Positions 1 through 6,799 of a stretch of DNA of 7,953 nt are shown here, in pieces. The notes under the pieces were generated by a model that saw only the letters and a program-made list of their open reading frames with translations, ran no database searches and was not told the origin of the DNA. The number at the start of each line of letters is the position of its first letter. The stretch's first letter is position 1. The stretch lies in contig JBAYPN010000029.1 in assembly GCA_041677685.1 (NCBI GenBank), forward strand, positions 1 to 7,953, in the 5' to 3' direction. This DNA comes from an archaeon (GTDB lineage Archaea; Iainarchaeota; Iainarchaeia; Iainarchaeales; CSSED10-239). The position numbers and the translations under genes are program-made.

Positions 1-31
1 CTAAAATAAAATTTGTATTTTTCTTTTTCAT
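1..31 (-). CDS. Possible 5' end of a gene running off the left edge (visible codons MKKKNTNFIL)
   Basis: ATG at 31..29 on the minus strand is preceded by GGTGA (42..38) with a 6-nt spacer, and the frame stays open to the window edge. Only 10 codons are visible, so the product cannot be called. Confidence 0.25.
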   Translation of the reverse strand, partial: MKKKNTNFIL

Positions 32-169
32 AAGTTATCACCTTTATAGTAATTTATTTTTTAATTTCTATAATTAATTATGATTAAATGTAAATATAAA
101 GGTATTTTGTTAATTAGGTTTATCCCTAAGTTATATTTTTAATTAAGAATTTTTTAAATTTTAAAGATA

Positions 170-242
170 AAACCAATTGTTTAGATACAAAGATTTGTAG
201 TCAGAAAAGAATTAAATGAAAATTGGTTTGTAAAACAAAAGA
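170..242 (-). terminator. Candidate 3'-end region of the ATPase gene: T4-G-T4 tract followed by a nested inverted repeat
   Basis: Directly after the TAG stop (245..243) the minus strand reads TTTTGTTTT. A 9-bp inverted repeat AAACCAATT / AATTGGTTT (170..178 and 221..229) encloses the palindrome TACAAA-GA-TTTGTA (186..199). AT-rich background makes this weak evidence. Confidence 0.2.
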
Positions 243-1613
243 CTAAAATATCTCTCTATTATTTTCTAAAAGAATTTCTCTAATCTCTTTAATATCTGTA
301 ATATTTTTCTCCACAATTAATCTTAATGTTCTAATTCTATTCTCTATAATTTCTTTAAGTTTATTTTTAGATATGTTAAGTTTATCACAAATTTCTTCTA
401 AAAAATGTGAACTCATAAAATTAACTTTACTTTCGGATTCTACATTATCATTTAAATACACATTATTAAAGGTAATGTTTCCTATTCTTTTAATTTCTGT
501 AATTTCTGAAACATATCTGTAGATTTTTCCATCTATTATTTTTTTATTAACTGTAATTATTACATTTAATAATTTAATATATACTGTTTCTATATTCATA
601 GGACTAGATACTAACTTGTCAACTAAGTCTACACTGTTGTTTGCATGAATTGTAGATAAACAACCTTGATGCCCTGTGTCCATAGCCATAAACAATGCTT
701 TTGCTTCTTTCCCTCTAGTTTCTCCAATAATGATTCTGTCAGGTCTCATTCTTAAAATATTTATTGTTATGTTGTACAGACTATCAGGATCAGCAATATT
801 ACTTACAAGACTAACATTATTTTCAAACATAGAAATATCAATTTCTCTAGTGTCCTCTACACCAATAACTCTATTATCTTTAGATATAAAATGAAGTAAG
901 ATATTTAGAAAGGTGGTCTTTCCAGTGCTTGTCCCACCACAAACAAAAAGATTTGCAGGTTTTATTTTAAGACCGTCAATAACGATCCATAAGTAAGCAG
1001 CAACCTCGTAGTTTATTGTTTTATTATTAATTAAGTCAACAATTGTAAGAGGCCTTTTAAGAAATTTTCTAATTGTAATTAAATTAAATTTAGAAATATT
1101 TTTAGAAACAATATTTATTCTTGAATTGTCAGGCAAAATTCCATCTATAAAATCTCTATCTATAAAGTCTTTAGAGATTGTTTTTTTAATTTTTTTTAAT
1201 AACAATTCATAATTTTTTTCTGTAAAAGACACATCTGTTTTATAGTGTTCATTTTTTCTTGTGATTACAAATATTTCATTATAATTGTTTATCATTATTT
1301 CTTCTAGATTGTCATCATCTATTAATAAAGTTAATTCTCTATAACCAATAAGATAATTAAGTATATATTTACAGAAATCTTTTTGTAGATCTTTTTTTAA
1401 ATAATCTAATTTTTCTAAAATATTTTTTTTAGAATGTATTGTGCTGTTGTCAAGTCCAGTTAGAAAATCTACAATTTTATTTTTATCTTTCTTTTGGAGA
1501 TTTATATTTAGGTAATATTTATTAATATCATTAACATTAACATTTTTAGATATTATTTTTTGTAATATATTATTATATTCTTTATTTTCATAAATGTATT
1601 TTATTTCAGTCAT
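243..1613 (-). CDS. Type II/IV secretion-family hexameric ATPase (FlaI/ArlI / PilB / VirB11 / CpaF-like)
   Basis: 456-aa ORF. Walker A is GGTSTGKTT. Walker B / Asp box region is RPDRIIIGETRGKEA. His box is TGHQGCLSTIHAN. The N-terminal domain carries LEEIMINNYNEIFV and ITIRKF, which are typical of this family. Sub-family and substrate (pilus, archaellum or other) cannot be decided from the sequence alone. Confidence 0.9.
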   Translation of the reverse strand: MTEIKYIYENKEYNNILQKIISKNVNVNDINKYYLNINLQKKDKNKIVDFLTGLDNSTIHSKKNILEKLDYLKKDLQKDFCKYILNYLIGYRELTLLIDDDNLEEIMINNYNEIFVITRKNEHYKTDVSFTEKNYELLLKKIKKTISKDFIDRDFIDGILPDNSRINIVSKNISKFNLITIRKFLKRPLTIVDLINNKTINYEVAAYLWIVIDGLKIKPANLFVCGGTSTGKTTFLNILLHFISKDNRVIGVEDTREIDISMFENNVSLVSNIADPDSLYNITINILRMRPDRIIIGETRGKEAKALFMAMDTGHQGCLSTIHANNSVDLVDKLVSSPMNIETVYIKLLNVIITVNKKIIDGKIYRYVSEITEIKRIGNITFNNVYLNDNVESESKVNFMSSHFLEEICDKLNISKNKLKEIIENRIRTLRLIVEKNITDIKEIREILLENNREIF

Positions 1614-1681
1614 AATAAATCATTTTTAAATGGTAATAGTACTTAATTATAATATTTGATATGTTTATAAATCTTTTTAAT

Positions 1682-3517
1682 TTATTCAACAGTTACAGAC
1701 TTTGCTAAGTTTCTTGGTTTGTCTATTTCGCAATTTTTATGATCTGCAATGTAGTATGCTAATAATTGCATAGCAATCACATTTACAAAAGTTGTAAACT
1801 GGGTATCCATTTTTGGTACAAAAATAGTATGGTCTGATAATTTTAGAATTTGTTCATCTCCTTTTGTAGCAATGGAAATAATTATTCCTCCTCTTGCTTT
1901 AATTTCTTGCATATTTGATATTATTTTGTCGTAGTTTTTATTTTTATTTATAATAAAAACAGAAGGCATATTCTTGTCAATTAAAGCAATTGGTCCATGT
2001 TTCATTTCTGCTGCAGGATAACCTTCTGCATGTATGTAGGAAATCTCTTTTAGCTTAAGTGCACCTTCAAGAGCTATTGGGTAATTGATTCCTCTTCCAA
2101 GATATAAAAAGTTTTTAGAATTTTTAAATTTACTTGCAATCTCTTTAATTTTTTTAGATTCATTTAAAACAATTTTAATTTTTTCAGGCAAATTGTTTAA
2201 ATTATTTATAATTTCTTTAGTTTCTTTTTCTGTAATTTTATTTAATTTTTGCCCAATAAATAAAGTAAGTAACCACAAGGACACAAGTTGATTTGTAAAA
2301 GCTTTAGTTGAGGCAACCCCAATTTCAGGTCCTGCTCTTGTATAGATTCCACAATCTGAAGTTCTTGCAATAGTTGAGCCAACAACATTAACAATTCCAA
2401 AGATTTTTGCTTTTTTTTCTTTAGCTTCCTTAATTGCTGCAAGGGTGTCTGCTGTTTCTCCTGATTGACTAATTGCAATTACTAAGCTATTTTCATCAAT
2501 TATTGGATTTCTATATCTAAACTCAGATGCATAATCTACTTCAACACTAATTCTTAAATATTTTTCAAGAACAAATTTTCCAATTAATGCACAATGCCAA
2601 GAAGTTCCACAAGCAACAATTACAATTTTATTTATGTTTTTAAAAAATTCTTTTGTTAAGCATATTCCTCCTAAGACAATTCTATTATTTTTAAAATCAA
2701 TTCTTCCTGAGAGTGCATCTTTTATTTTTTCTGGTTGTTCAAAAATCTCTTTTAACATAAAATGTTTATAACCACTTTTTTCAATTTGATCAAGAGAGGT
2801 CTTAATTTTATGTATTTCTTTATTTATTTTTTGATTTTTTAGGCTTGTAATTTCATAATTAGTATCTGTAATTTTTGCAATTTCAAAATCATCTAAATAG
2901 ATTACATTTTTTGTATACTCTAATATTGCAGAAGTGTCACTTGCAACAAAGAACTCATTTTTTCCAATTCCAATAATTATTGGAGAGCCTTTTCTTGCAA
3001 CAATGATTTCTCTTTTGTCTTTAGATAAAACAAGCAAGCCATAAGTTCCAGTAATTTGTGTAAGTGCTTTTAAAACAGCATCTTTTAGATTATTAGATTT
3101 TTTATAGAATTTGTTAACAAGAAAGGCAATTACTTCAGAATCAGTTTGGGTTTTAAAAACGTAGCCTTCTTTTTGAAGAAGTAACTTTATAGTATCGTAA
3201 TTTTCAATAATTCCGTTATGCACAATTGCTAGATTATTATCTTCTGAGAAATGAGGGTGGGCATTAATCTCATTTGGAATTCCATGTGTTGCCCACCTAG
3301 TATGTGCAATTCCTATTGTGGAATTTAGATTATTTTCTTTTTTTATTCTTTTTTCAAGATCAACTATTTTTCCTTTTGCTTTTATTATCTTTAATAGATT
3401 ATTATCATGTATGCAGACACCACAAGAATCATACCCTCTATATTCTAATCTTTTAAGTCCATTTATTAAAATTGGTATTGCTTCTTTTTTACCTATGTAT
3501 CCAATTATTCCACACAT
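1682..3517 (-). CDS. glmS: Glutamine--fructose-6-phosphate aminotransferase (isomerising), GlmS
   Basis: 611-aa ORF. The N-terminus MCGIIGYIG carries the Ntn amidotransferase nucleophile Cys2. SIS-domain motifs ACGTSWH and SQSGETADTL are present. The canonical C-terminus LAKSVTVE is present, and the length is typical of GlmS. Confidence 0.97.
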   Translation of the reverse strand: MCGIIGYIGKKEAIPILINGLKRLEYRGYDSCGVCIHDNNLLKIIKAKGKIVDLEKRIKKENNLNSTIGIAHTRWATHGIPNEINAHPHFSEDNNLAIVHNGIIENYDTIKLLLQKEGYVFKTQTDSEVIAFLVNKFYKKSNNLKDAVLKALTQITGTYGLLVLSKDKREIIVARKGSPIIIGIGKNEFFVASDTSAILEYTKNVIYLDDFEIAKITDTNYEITSLKNQKINKEIHKIKTSLDQIEKSGYKHFMLKEIFEQPEKIKDALSGRIDFKNNRIVLGGICLTKEFFKNINKIVIVACGTSWHCALIGKFVLEKYLRISVEVDYASEFRYRNPIIDENSLVIAISQSGETADTLAAIKEAKEKKAKIFGIVNVVGSTIARTSDCGIYTRAGPEIGVASTKAFTNQLVSLWLLTLFIGQKLNKITEKETKEIINNLNNLPEKIKIVLNESKKIKEIASKFKNSKNFLYLGRGINYPIALEGALKLKEISYIHAEGYPAAEMKHGPIALIDKNMPSVFIINKNKNYDKIISNMQEIKARGGIIISIATKGDEQILKLSDHTIFVPKMDTQFTTFVNVIAMQLLAYYIADHKNCEIDKPRNLAKSVTVE

Positions 3518-3526
3518 ATCTTAATT

Positions 3527-4561
3527 TTATTTTTTATTTTCTGATATTAGTTTATTATATCTTTTTTGAACATAGAAAATGCTTTTGTTGTGAGTTAATG
3601 AGTCTTCTACAATTCTTTCTATCCCACTAATAATGTTTGTGGGGATGGTGGTTATTTTTTCTTTTTGTGTGTATTTTGAAAGTAATTTTTCTATTCTTGA
3701 AAAATATTTTTCTCCAAAAACATTTAATTTTTGTCTACGTTCTTCTTTTGAGATTTTTGATACATAAATCTTTTGATATAAGGGGTATTTATCAGTTACT
3801 GATTTTTTATTTAAAATAGATTTTTTTGGAGTTTTTGGAATTTCTTTCTTTTGCACATTAGCTTTTGGTTTATTTTCAAATAACCCTTTAATACTTGCTA
3901 GACCTGTCTTTACAAGGATTGTTGAAACTGCTAAGAATCTATTTTTAGTTTGCAATGTTTTAACTGACTCATAATTTTTTAAAATAAAATTAATATTTTT
4001 TTCAGGTATTCTTTTAGCAATTTCAAATAATTTTTTGTACTCATAAGGTGTAATTAATTTTTCAATTTTATTTAAAGGTAGAGATAACAAATAATTTGGG
4101 GTCATTTTTGCAACTTCTCCAAAATTATCTTTAAAGACAATTCTTTTTCTACGTATTTCTCTACTAATTCTTAAAGAAATTTCAGCAGTTATATCTTTTA
4201 ATATTTTTTTGTCTTTTGGAGGAAGTAGTTTATGGATGTTTTGTAATTCTAATATATTTAAATTAAATTTATTAATTTTTTTACCATCAAAATAATGAAA
4301 TTCTTTTGAAGTAGTTGTTTTATTTAATTTTTTTAATTCTTCTTTAATTTCTTTTGTTTTATTTCTTTTATATTTTCCTAATTTTTTGTTTACACTTCTG
4401 TTTTTTAATTCAGTATTTAGCTCTTTATTAATTGTAAGCTCTGTAATTGATTTTACTGGTTTTGTAACTGTCTTTGGTTTTTTTGTTCCTAGTTTCATAT
4501 ATATTTTCACTTTTGTAATTTTTAATTGTAAGCTTGATATTTTTATTATTATACAATACAT
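3527..4561 (-). CDS. Hypothetical, strongly basic Lys-rich soluble protein; no recognisable family
   Basis: 344-aa ORF with no stops in a genome where stop triplets are very frequent. Its TAA stop lies 9 nt upstream of the glmS ATG, suggesting co-transcription. No hydrophobic segment and no catalytic motif that I recognise. The alternative start at ATG 4498 (MKLGTKKPK...) seems more natural than the odd first 21 residues MYCIIIKISSLQLKITKVKIY. Confidence 0.7.
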   Translation of the reverse strand: MYCIIIKISSLQLKITKVKIYMKLGTKKPKTVTKPVKSITELTINKELNTELKNRSVNKKLGKYKRNKTKEIKEELKKLNKTTTSKEFHYFDGKKINKFNLNILELQNIHKLLPPKDKKILKDITAEISLRISREIRRKRIVFKDNFGEVAKMTPNYLLSLPLNKIEKLITPYEYKKLFEIAKRIPEKNINFILKNYESVKTLQTKNRFLAVSTILVKTGLASIKGLFENKPKANVQKKEIPKTPKKSILNKKSVTDKYPLYQKIYVSKISKEERRQKLNVFGEKYFSRIEKLLSKYTQKEKITTIPTNIISGIERIVEDSLTHNKSIFYVQKRYNKLISENKK

Positions 4562-4604
4562 TTAAATATGTATTTTTCATAAATTATCTGTAATAATTAC
4601 AAAA

Positions 4605-4613
4605 TTATATATA
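4605..4613 (+). promoter_or_regulatory. TATA-box-like element for the methyltransferase gene, implying a leaderless or near-leaderless mRNA
   Basis: TTATATATA is centred about 27 nt upstream of ATG 4636 and preceded by an A-rich (BRE-like) stretch. No Shine-Dalgarno-like motif lies between it and the ATG. Specificity is low in AT-rich DNA. Confidence 0.3.
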
Positions 4614-4635
4614 AGTTTCTAAAGTATGTATATAT

Positions 4636-5250
4636 ATGGCAAAATTAATTACTCCTGAACAAGAATTTGAAAATCCAAATGCTTTTTATACTCAACAAGA
4701 AGTAAAGAGGTATGAAAATAATTCTGGGATGAAAAGATCTCAAATTACTTTGACCAAAATTGCATTATCAATTAGCGGTATTAATCTAAATAATAAAAAA
4801 ATATTTATTTTAGATGTTGGTTGTGGGACTGGTTTTTCTTTAGAATATTTAAAAGATTTAGGTTTTATTAATCTAAAGGGTATTGATCCATCTTTAGAAA
4901 TGATAAAGATTGCAAAAGATAAGGGCTTTTTAGTAGAGGATTTAGGTTTTGAAGATCTAAATAAAATTAAAAATAAATTTGATCTAATAATTTCTATCTC
5001 TGCATTACAATGGGTAATTGCAAACAAAAGGGAACTACTTTTAAAGAATTTAATTAAAAAAATTGGAAAGGGTTTATATAATTTATTAAATGTAAATGGA
5101 AAAGCAGTAATTCAGTTTTATCCTGAGTCAGAGATCGTCTTTAAAGATATATCTTCTTCTTTTAATAGATGTGGTTTTTCTGTTCAAGAATACATCTATA
5201 ATAGTGATTCTTTAAAGAAAAGGAAGTATTTTTTAATACTTTTTAAATAA
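4636..5250 (+). CDS. Class I SAM-dependent methyltransferase, Bud23/WBSCR22-like (candidate small-subunit rRNA guanine-N7 methyltransferase), catalytic domain only
   Basis: 204-aa ORF with SAM motif I ILDVGCGTGFS. Other blocks match the Bud23/WBSCR22 conserved blocks as I recall them. FYTQQEVKRYENNSGMKRSQITLTKIAL compares with ELFYDETEARKY..NSRM..IQ..M..RALELL. ISISALQWV compares with ISISAVQWL. KAVIQFYPE compares with RAVLQLYPE. The C-terminus KRKYFLILFK compares with KKFYLCLF. The Lys-rich C-terminal extension of eukaryotic Bud23 is absent. Confidence 0.8.
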   Translation: MAKLITPEQEFENPNAFYTQQEVKRYENNSGMKRSQITLTKIALSISGINLNNKKIFILDVGCGTGFSLEYLKDLGFINLKGIDPSLEMIKIAKDKGFLVEDLGFEDLNKIKNKFDLIISISALQWVIANKRELLLKNLIKKIGKGLYNLLNVNGKAVIQFYPESEIVFKDISSSFNRCGFSVQEYIYNSDSLKKRKYFLILFK

Positions 5251-5417
5251 TCTGGCTTTAGATTATTAAATACATAACTTTATAAAGATAATTTCTAACA
5301 TATATTGTAAGTATTTAATTTTAATTATTTAGATTTAGGTTGGTATTTATAAGTGTTTTATAAATCTAATTAAATTTAGGTAATTTAAATTTAGAATAAA
5401 ATATTTCAAAAAGAAAT

Positions 5418-5429
5418 GTTTTAAAAAAG
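5418..5429 (+). promoter_or_regulatory. GTTTTAAAAAAG motif (TATA-like) upstream of paralog 1
   Basis: This 12-mer is identical to 6768..6779 upstream of paralog 2. Its T/A core is centred about 25-26 nt before ATG 5449. An AAGGA (5434..5438) also lies about 10 nt before the ATG and could instead serve as a ribosome-binding site. Confidence 0.3.
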
Positions 5430-5448
5430 TAAAAAGGATGTAGATTAT

Positions 5449-5544
5449 ATGACTATTAAAAAAAATAAAAGAAAAGTTGTTATTAAATGGTTATTAATCT
5501 CTGTAATTTTTTTAGGAATTGCATTTTTAGCAACAGCCTATGCA
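5449..5544 (+). other. Predicted Sec-type signal peptide of paralog 1 (cleavage after AYA), or an uncleaved signal anchor
   Basis: The n-region KKNKRK is followed by the 20-residue hydrophobic stretch VVIKWLLISVIFLGIAFLAT and then A-Y-A|S-G. There is no [KR]-[GA] prepilin-type (class III) site before the hydrophobic stretch. Confidence 0.55.
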
Positions 5545-6663
5545 AGTGGTACTAAAGTTGTAGATGATGAGATCTCATTACAATGGGTTTCTCACACTGA
5601 ATATTGGAAAAATGATTCAGCAGCAACAATTATTAGATTAGCAGATTATAGAGGGAATCCAATTGCTGTTAATGAATGTAGGGTTACAATTTTAAATCCT
5701 GATAAAACAGTTTTTGTAGATAATCAATTAATGACAGAATCAAATATTGCAGGGAATTGGTATAGAACAGATTCACTTGTTGATGCTCCTTTGGGAACAT
5801 TTGAACAAGAAGTGACTTGTACTAGAGGGAATCAAACAATTAAGAGTTCACAGTCTTTCCACTTAAATCCAGCTTTAGAGCAAATTAATACATTAACAGG
5901 TATGACTGATAGTTTAAATTTAGAATTATCTGATGTTAATTTATCAATAACTGGGTTAGTTGAAGAAACAGGACAAGAAATTAGTGCAAATGTTACAAAT
6001 CTAAATACTTCCTTAAATAACATCTTAAATGATGTAAACAATAGTATGGTTGCTCAATTTGAAAATACAAATTCAAATTTAAACACTGCACTTTCAAATG
6101 TAGAGGTTTCTGTAAATGGAACTGTAACTTCAACAGGCACAGCTATTCAATCACAGATTACTGATTTAAATACTTCTTTGTCTCAATTAATTAACAATCT
6201 AGTAATTGGAGACTTAACTGTTCAATTAGATGGATTATTAGAAAGTTTGACAGATCAAATTGTAAGTGTTAAAGAAGACACAAATTGGTTAGTAACTCAC
6301 GCTATGAATGATTCAGACATGGATGAAATAGAAGCAAGATTTAATTCAATTGACAACAATTTACAATTGTTAGAACAATTTTGTTCAACACAAGATACTA
6401 ACAGTAGTGCTTTGTGCCAAGAAATATACAATATAAAATCAGCAATAGCAGTTATGGACTCTGAGCAACAAACAAAATTAGATGAAATAAATACTACTAC
6501 AGTAAATACTTGGCAATTGTTAAGTGGAGATGTAACCACAAGTATAAATAGTTTATTATCTGATATTGGAATAATTAAAGAACAGACAACAGACATTAAT
6601 TCTACTGTTCATGAAATATTAGATAGTCAACAATCAGAAATACAAGTAAGAATTATTTCATAG
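5449..6663 (+). CDS. Secreted or envelope protein (paralog 1): signal peptide, two-Cys beta-sandwich-like module, then a long N/S/T-rich coiled-coil-like tail; uncharacterised family
   Basis: 404-aa ORF. The N-terminus MTIKKNKRKVVIKWLLISVIFLGIAFLATAYA-SG has a basic n-region, a hydrophobic core and an A-x-A site. Residues about 45-140 align by eye with the next gene and include Cys77 and Cys124. Residues about 141-404 are helical and heptad-like with recurring LNT(S/A)L motifs, and are acidic and Lys-poor, unlike the cytoplasmic proteins in this window. Confidence 0.85.
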   Translation: MTIKKNKRKVVIKWLLISVIFLGIAFLATAYASGTKVVDDEISLQWVSHTEYWKNDSAATIIRLADYRGNPIAVNECRVTILNPDKTVFVDNQLMTESNIAGNWYRTDSLVDAPLGTFEQEVTCTRGNQTIKSSQSFHLNPALEQINTLTGMTDSLNLELSDVNLSITGLVEETGQEISANVTNLNTSLNNILNDVNNSMVAQFENTNSNLNTALSNVEVSVNGTVTSTGTAIQSQITDLNTSLSQLINNLVIGDLTVQLDGLLESLTDQIVSVKEDTNWLVTHAMNDSDMDEIEARFNSIDNNLQLLEQFCSTQDTNSSALCQEIYNIKSAIAVMDSEQQTKLDEINTTTVNTWQLLSGDVTTSINSLLSDIGIIKEQTTDINSTVHEILDSQQSEIQVRIIS

Positions 6664-6723
6664 GTTTTTGTGGAATAATAATTTTGTTAAAAAAGAAGAA
6701 TTTGGTTTTTAGAAATAAAGACC

Positions 6724-6748
6724 TTTTCTTTTTTTAATTTATTTTTTT
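6724..6748 (+). terminator. Oligo-T tracts (T4, T7, T7) downstream of paralog 1; candidate archaeal-type terminator
   Basis: CCTTTTCTTTTTTTAATTTATTTTTTT begins about 60 nt after the TAG stop (6661..6663). Together with the separate TATA-like box at 6768, this suggests the two paralogs are transcribed separately. Confidence 0.3.
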
Positions 6749-6767
6749 AATTTAAATTTTAGTTTTA

Positions 6768-6779
6768 GTTTTAAAAAAG
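6768..6779 (+). promoter_or_regulatory. GTTTTAAAAAAG motif (TATA-like) upstream of paralog 2
   Basis: Identical 12-mer to 5418..5429. Its core is centred about 26-27 nt before ATG 6800, the same spacing as in paralog 1. This is my reason for preferring ATG 6800 over TTG 6791 as the start. Confidence 0.3.
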
Positions 6780-6799
6780 GAACAATTATTTTGAAAAGT

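Noticed and set aside
3518-3526. glmS ribozyme/riboswitch upstream of glmS
   Set aside because: Only 9 nt separate the preceding stop codon from the glmS ATG, which leaves no room for the ribozyme of about 170 nt. That element is also characteristic of Gram-positive bacteria, not of the organism type inferred here.
4499-4561. N-terminal 21 residues of the Lys-rich protein (MYCIIIKISSLQLKITKVKIY) as a signal or membrane anchor
   Set aside because: The stretch is short and interrupted by Lys/Ser/Gln, and it may simply be upstream untranslated sequence read through to an earlier in-frame ATG. By my rough estimate of stop-codon frequency, 21 stop-free codons occur by chance about 14 percent of the time at this base composition. 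The internal ATG 4498 is an equally good or better start.
5449-5544. Paralog 1 as a type IV pilin/archaellin-like substrate of the nearby ATPase (class III signal peptide)
   Set aside because: The N-terminus has a long basic n-region and an A-x-A site after the hydrophobic core, which fits a Sec/SPase I layout. It does not have a short charged leader ending in [KR]-[GA] immediately before the hydrophobic helix. At 404 aa with a coiled-coil tail, it is also unlike pilins.
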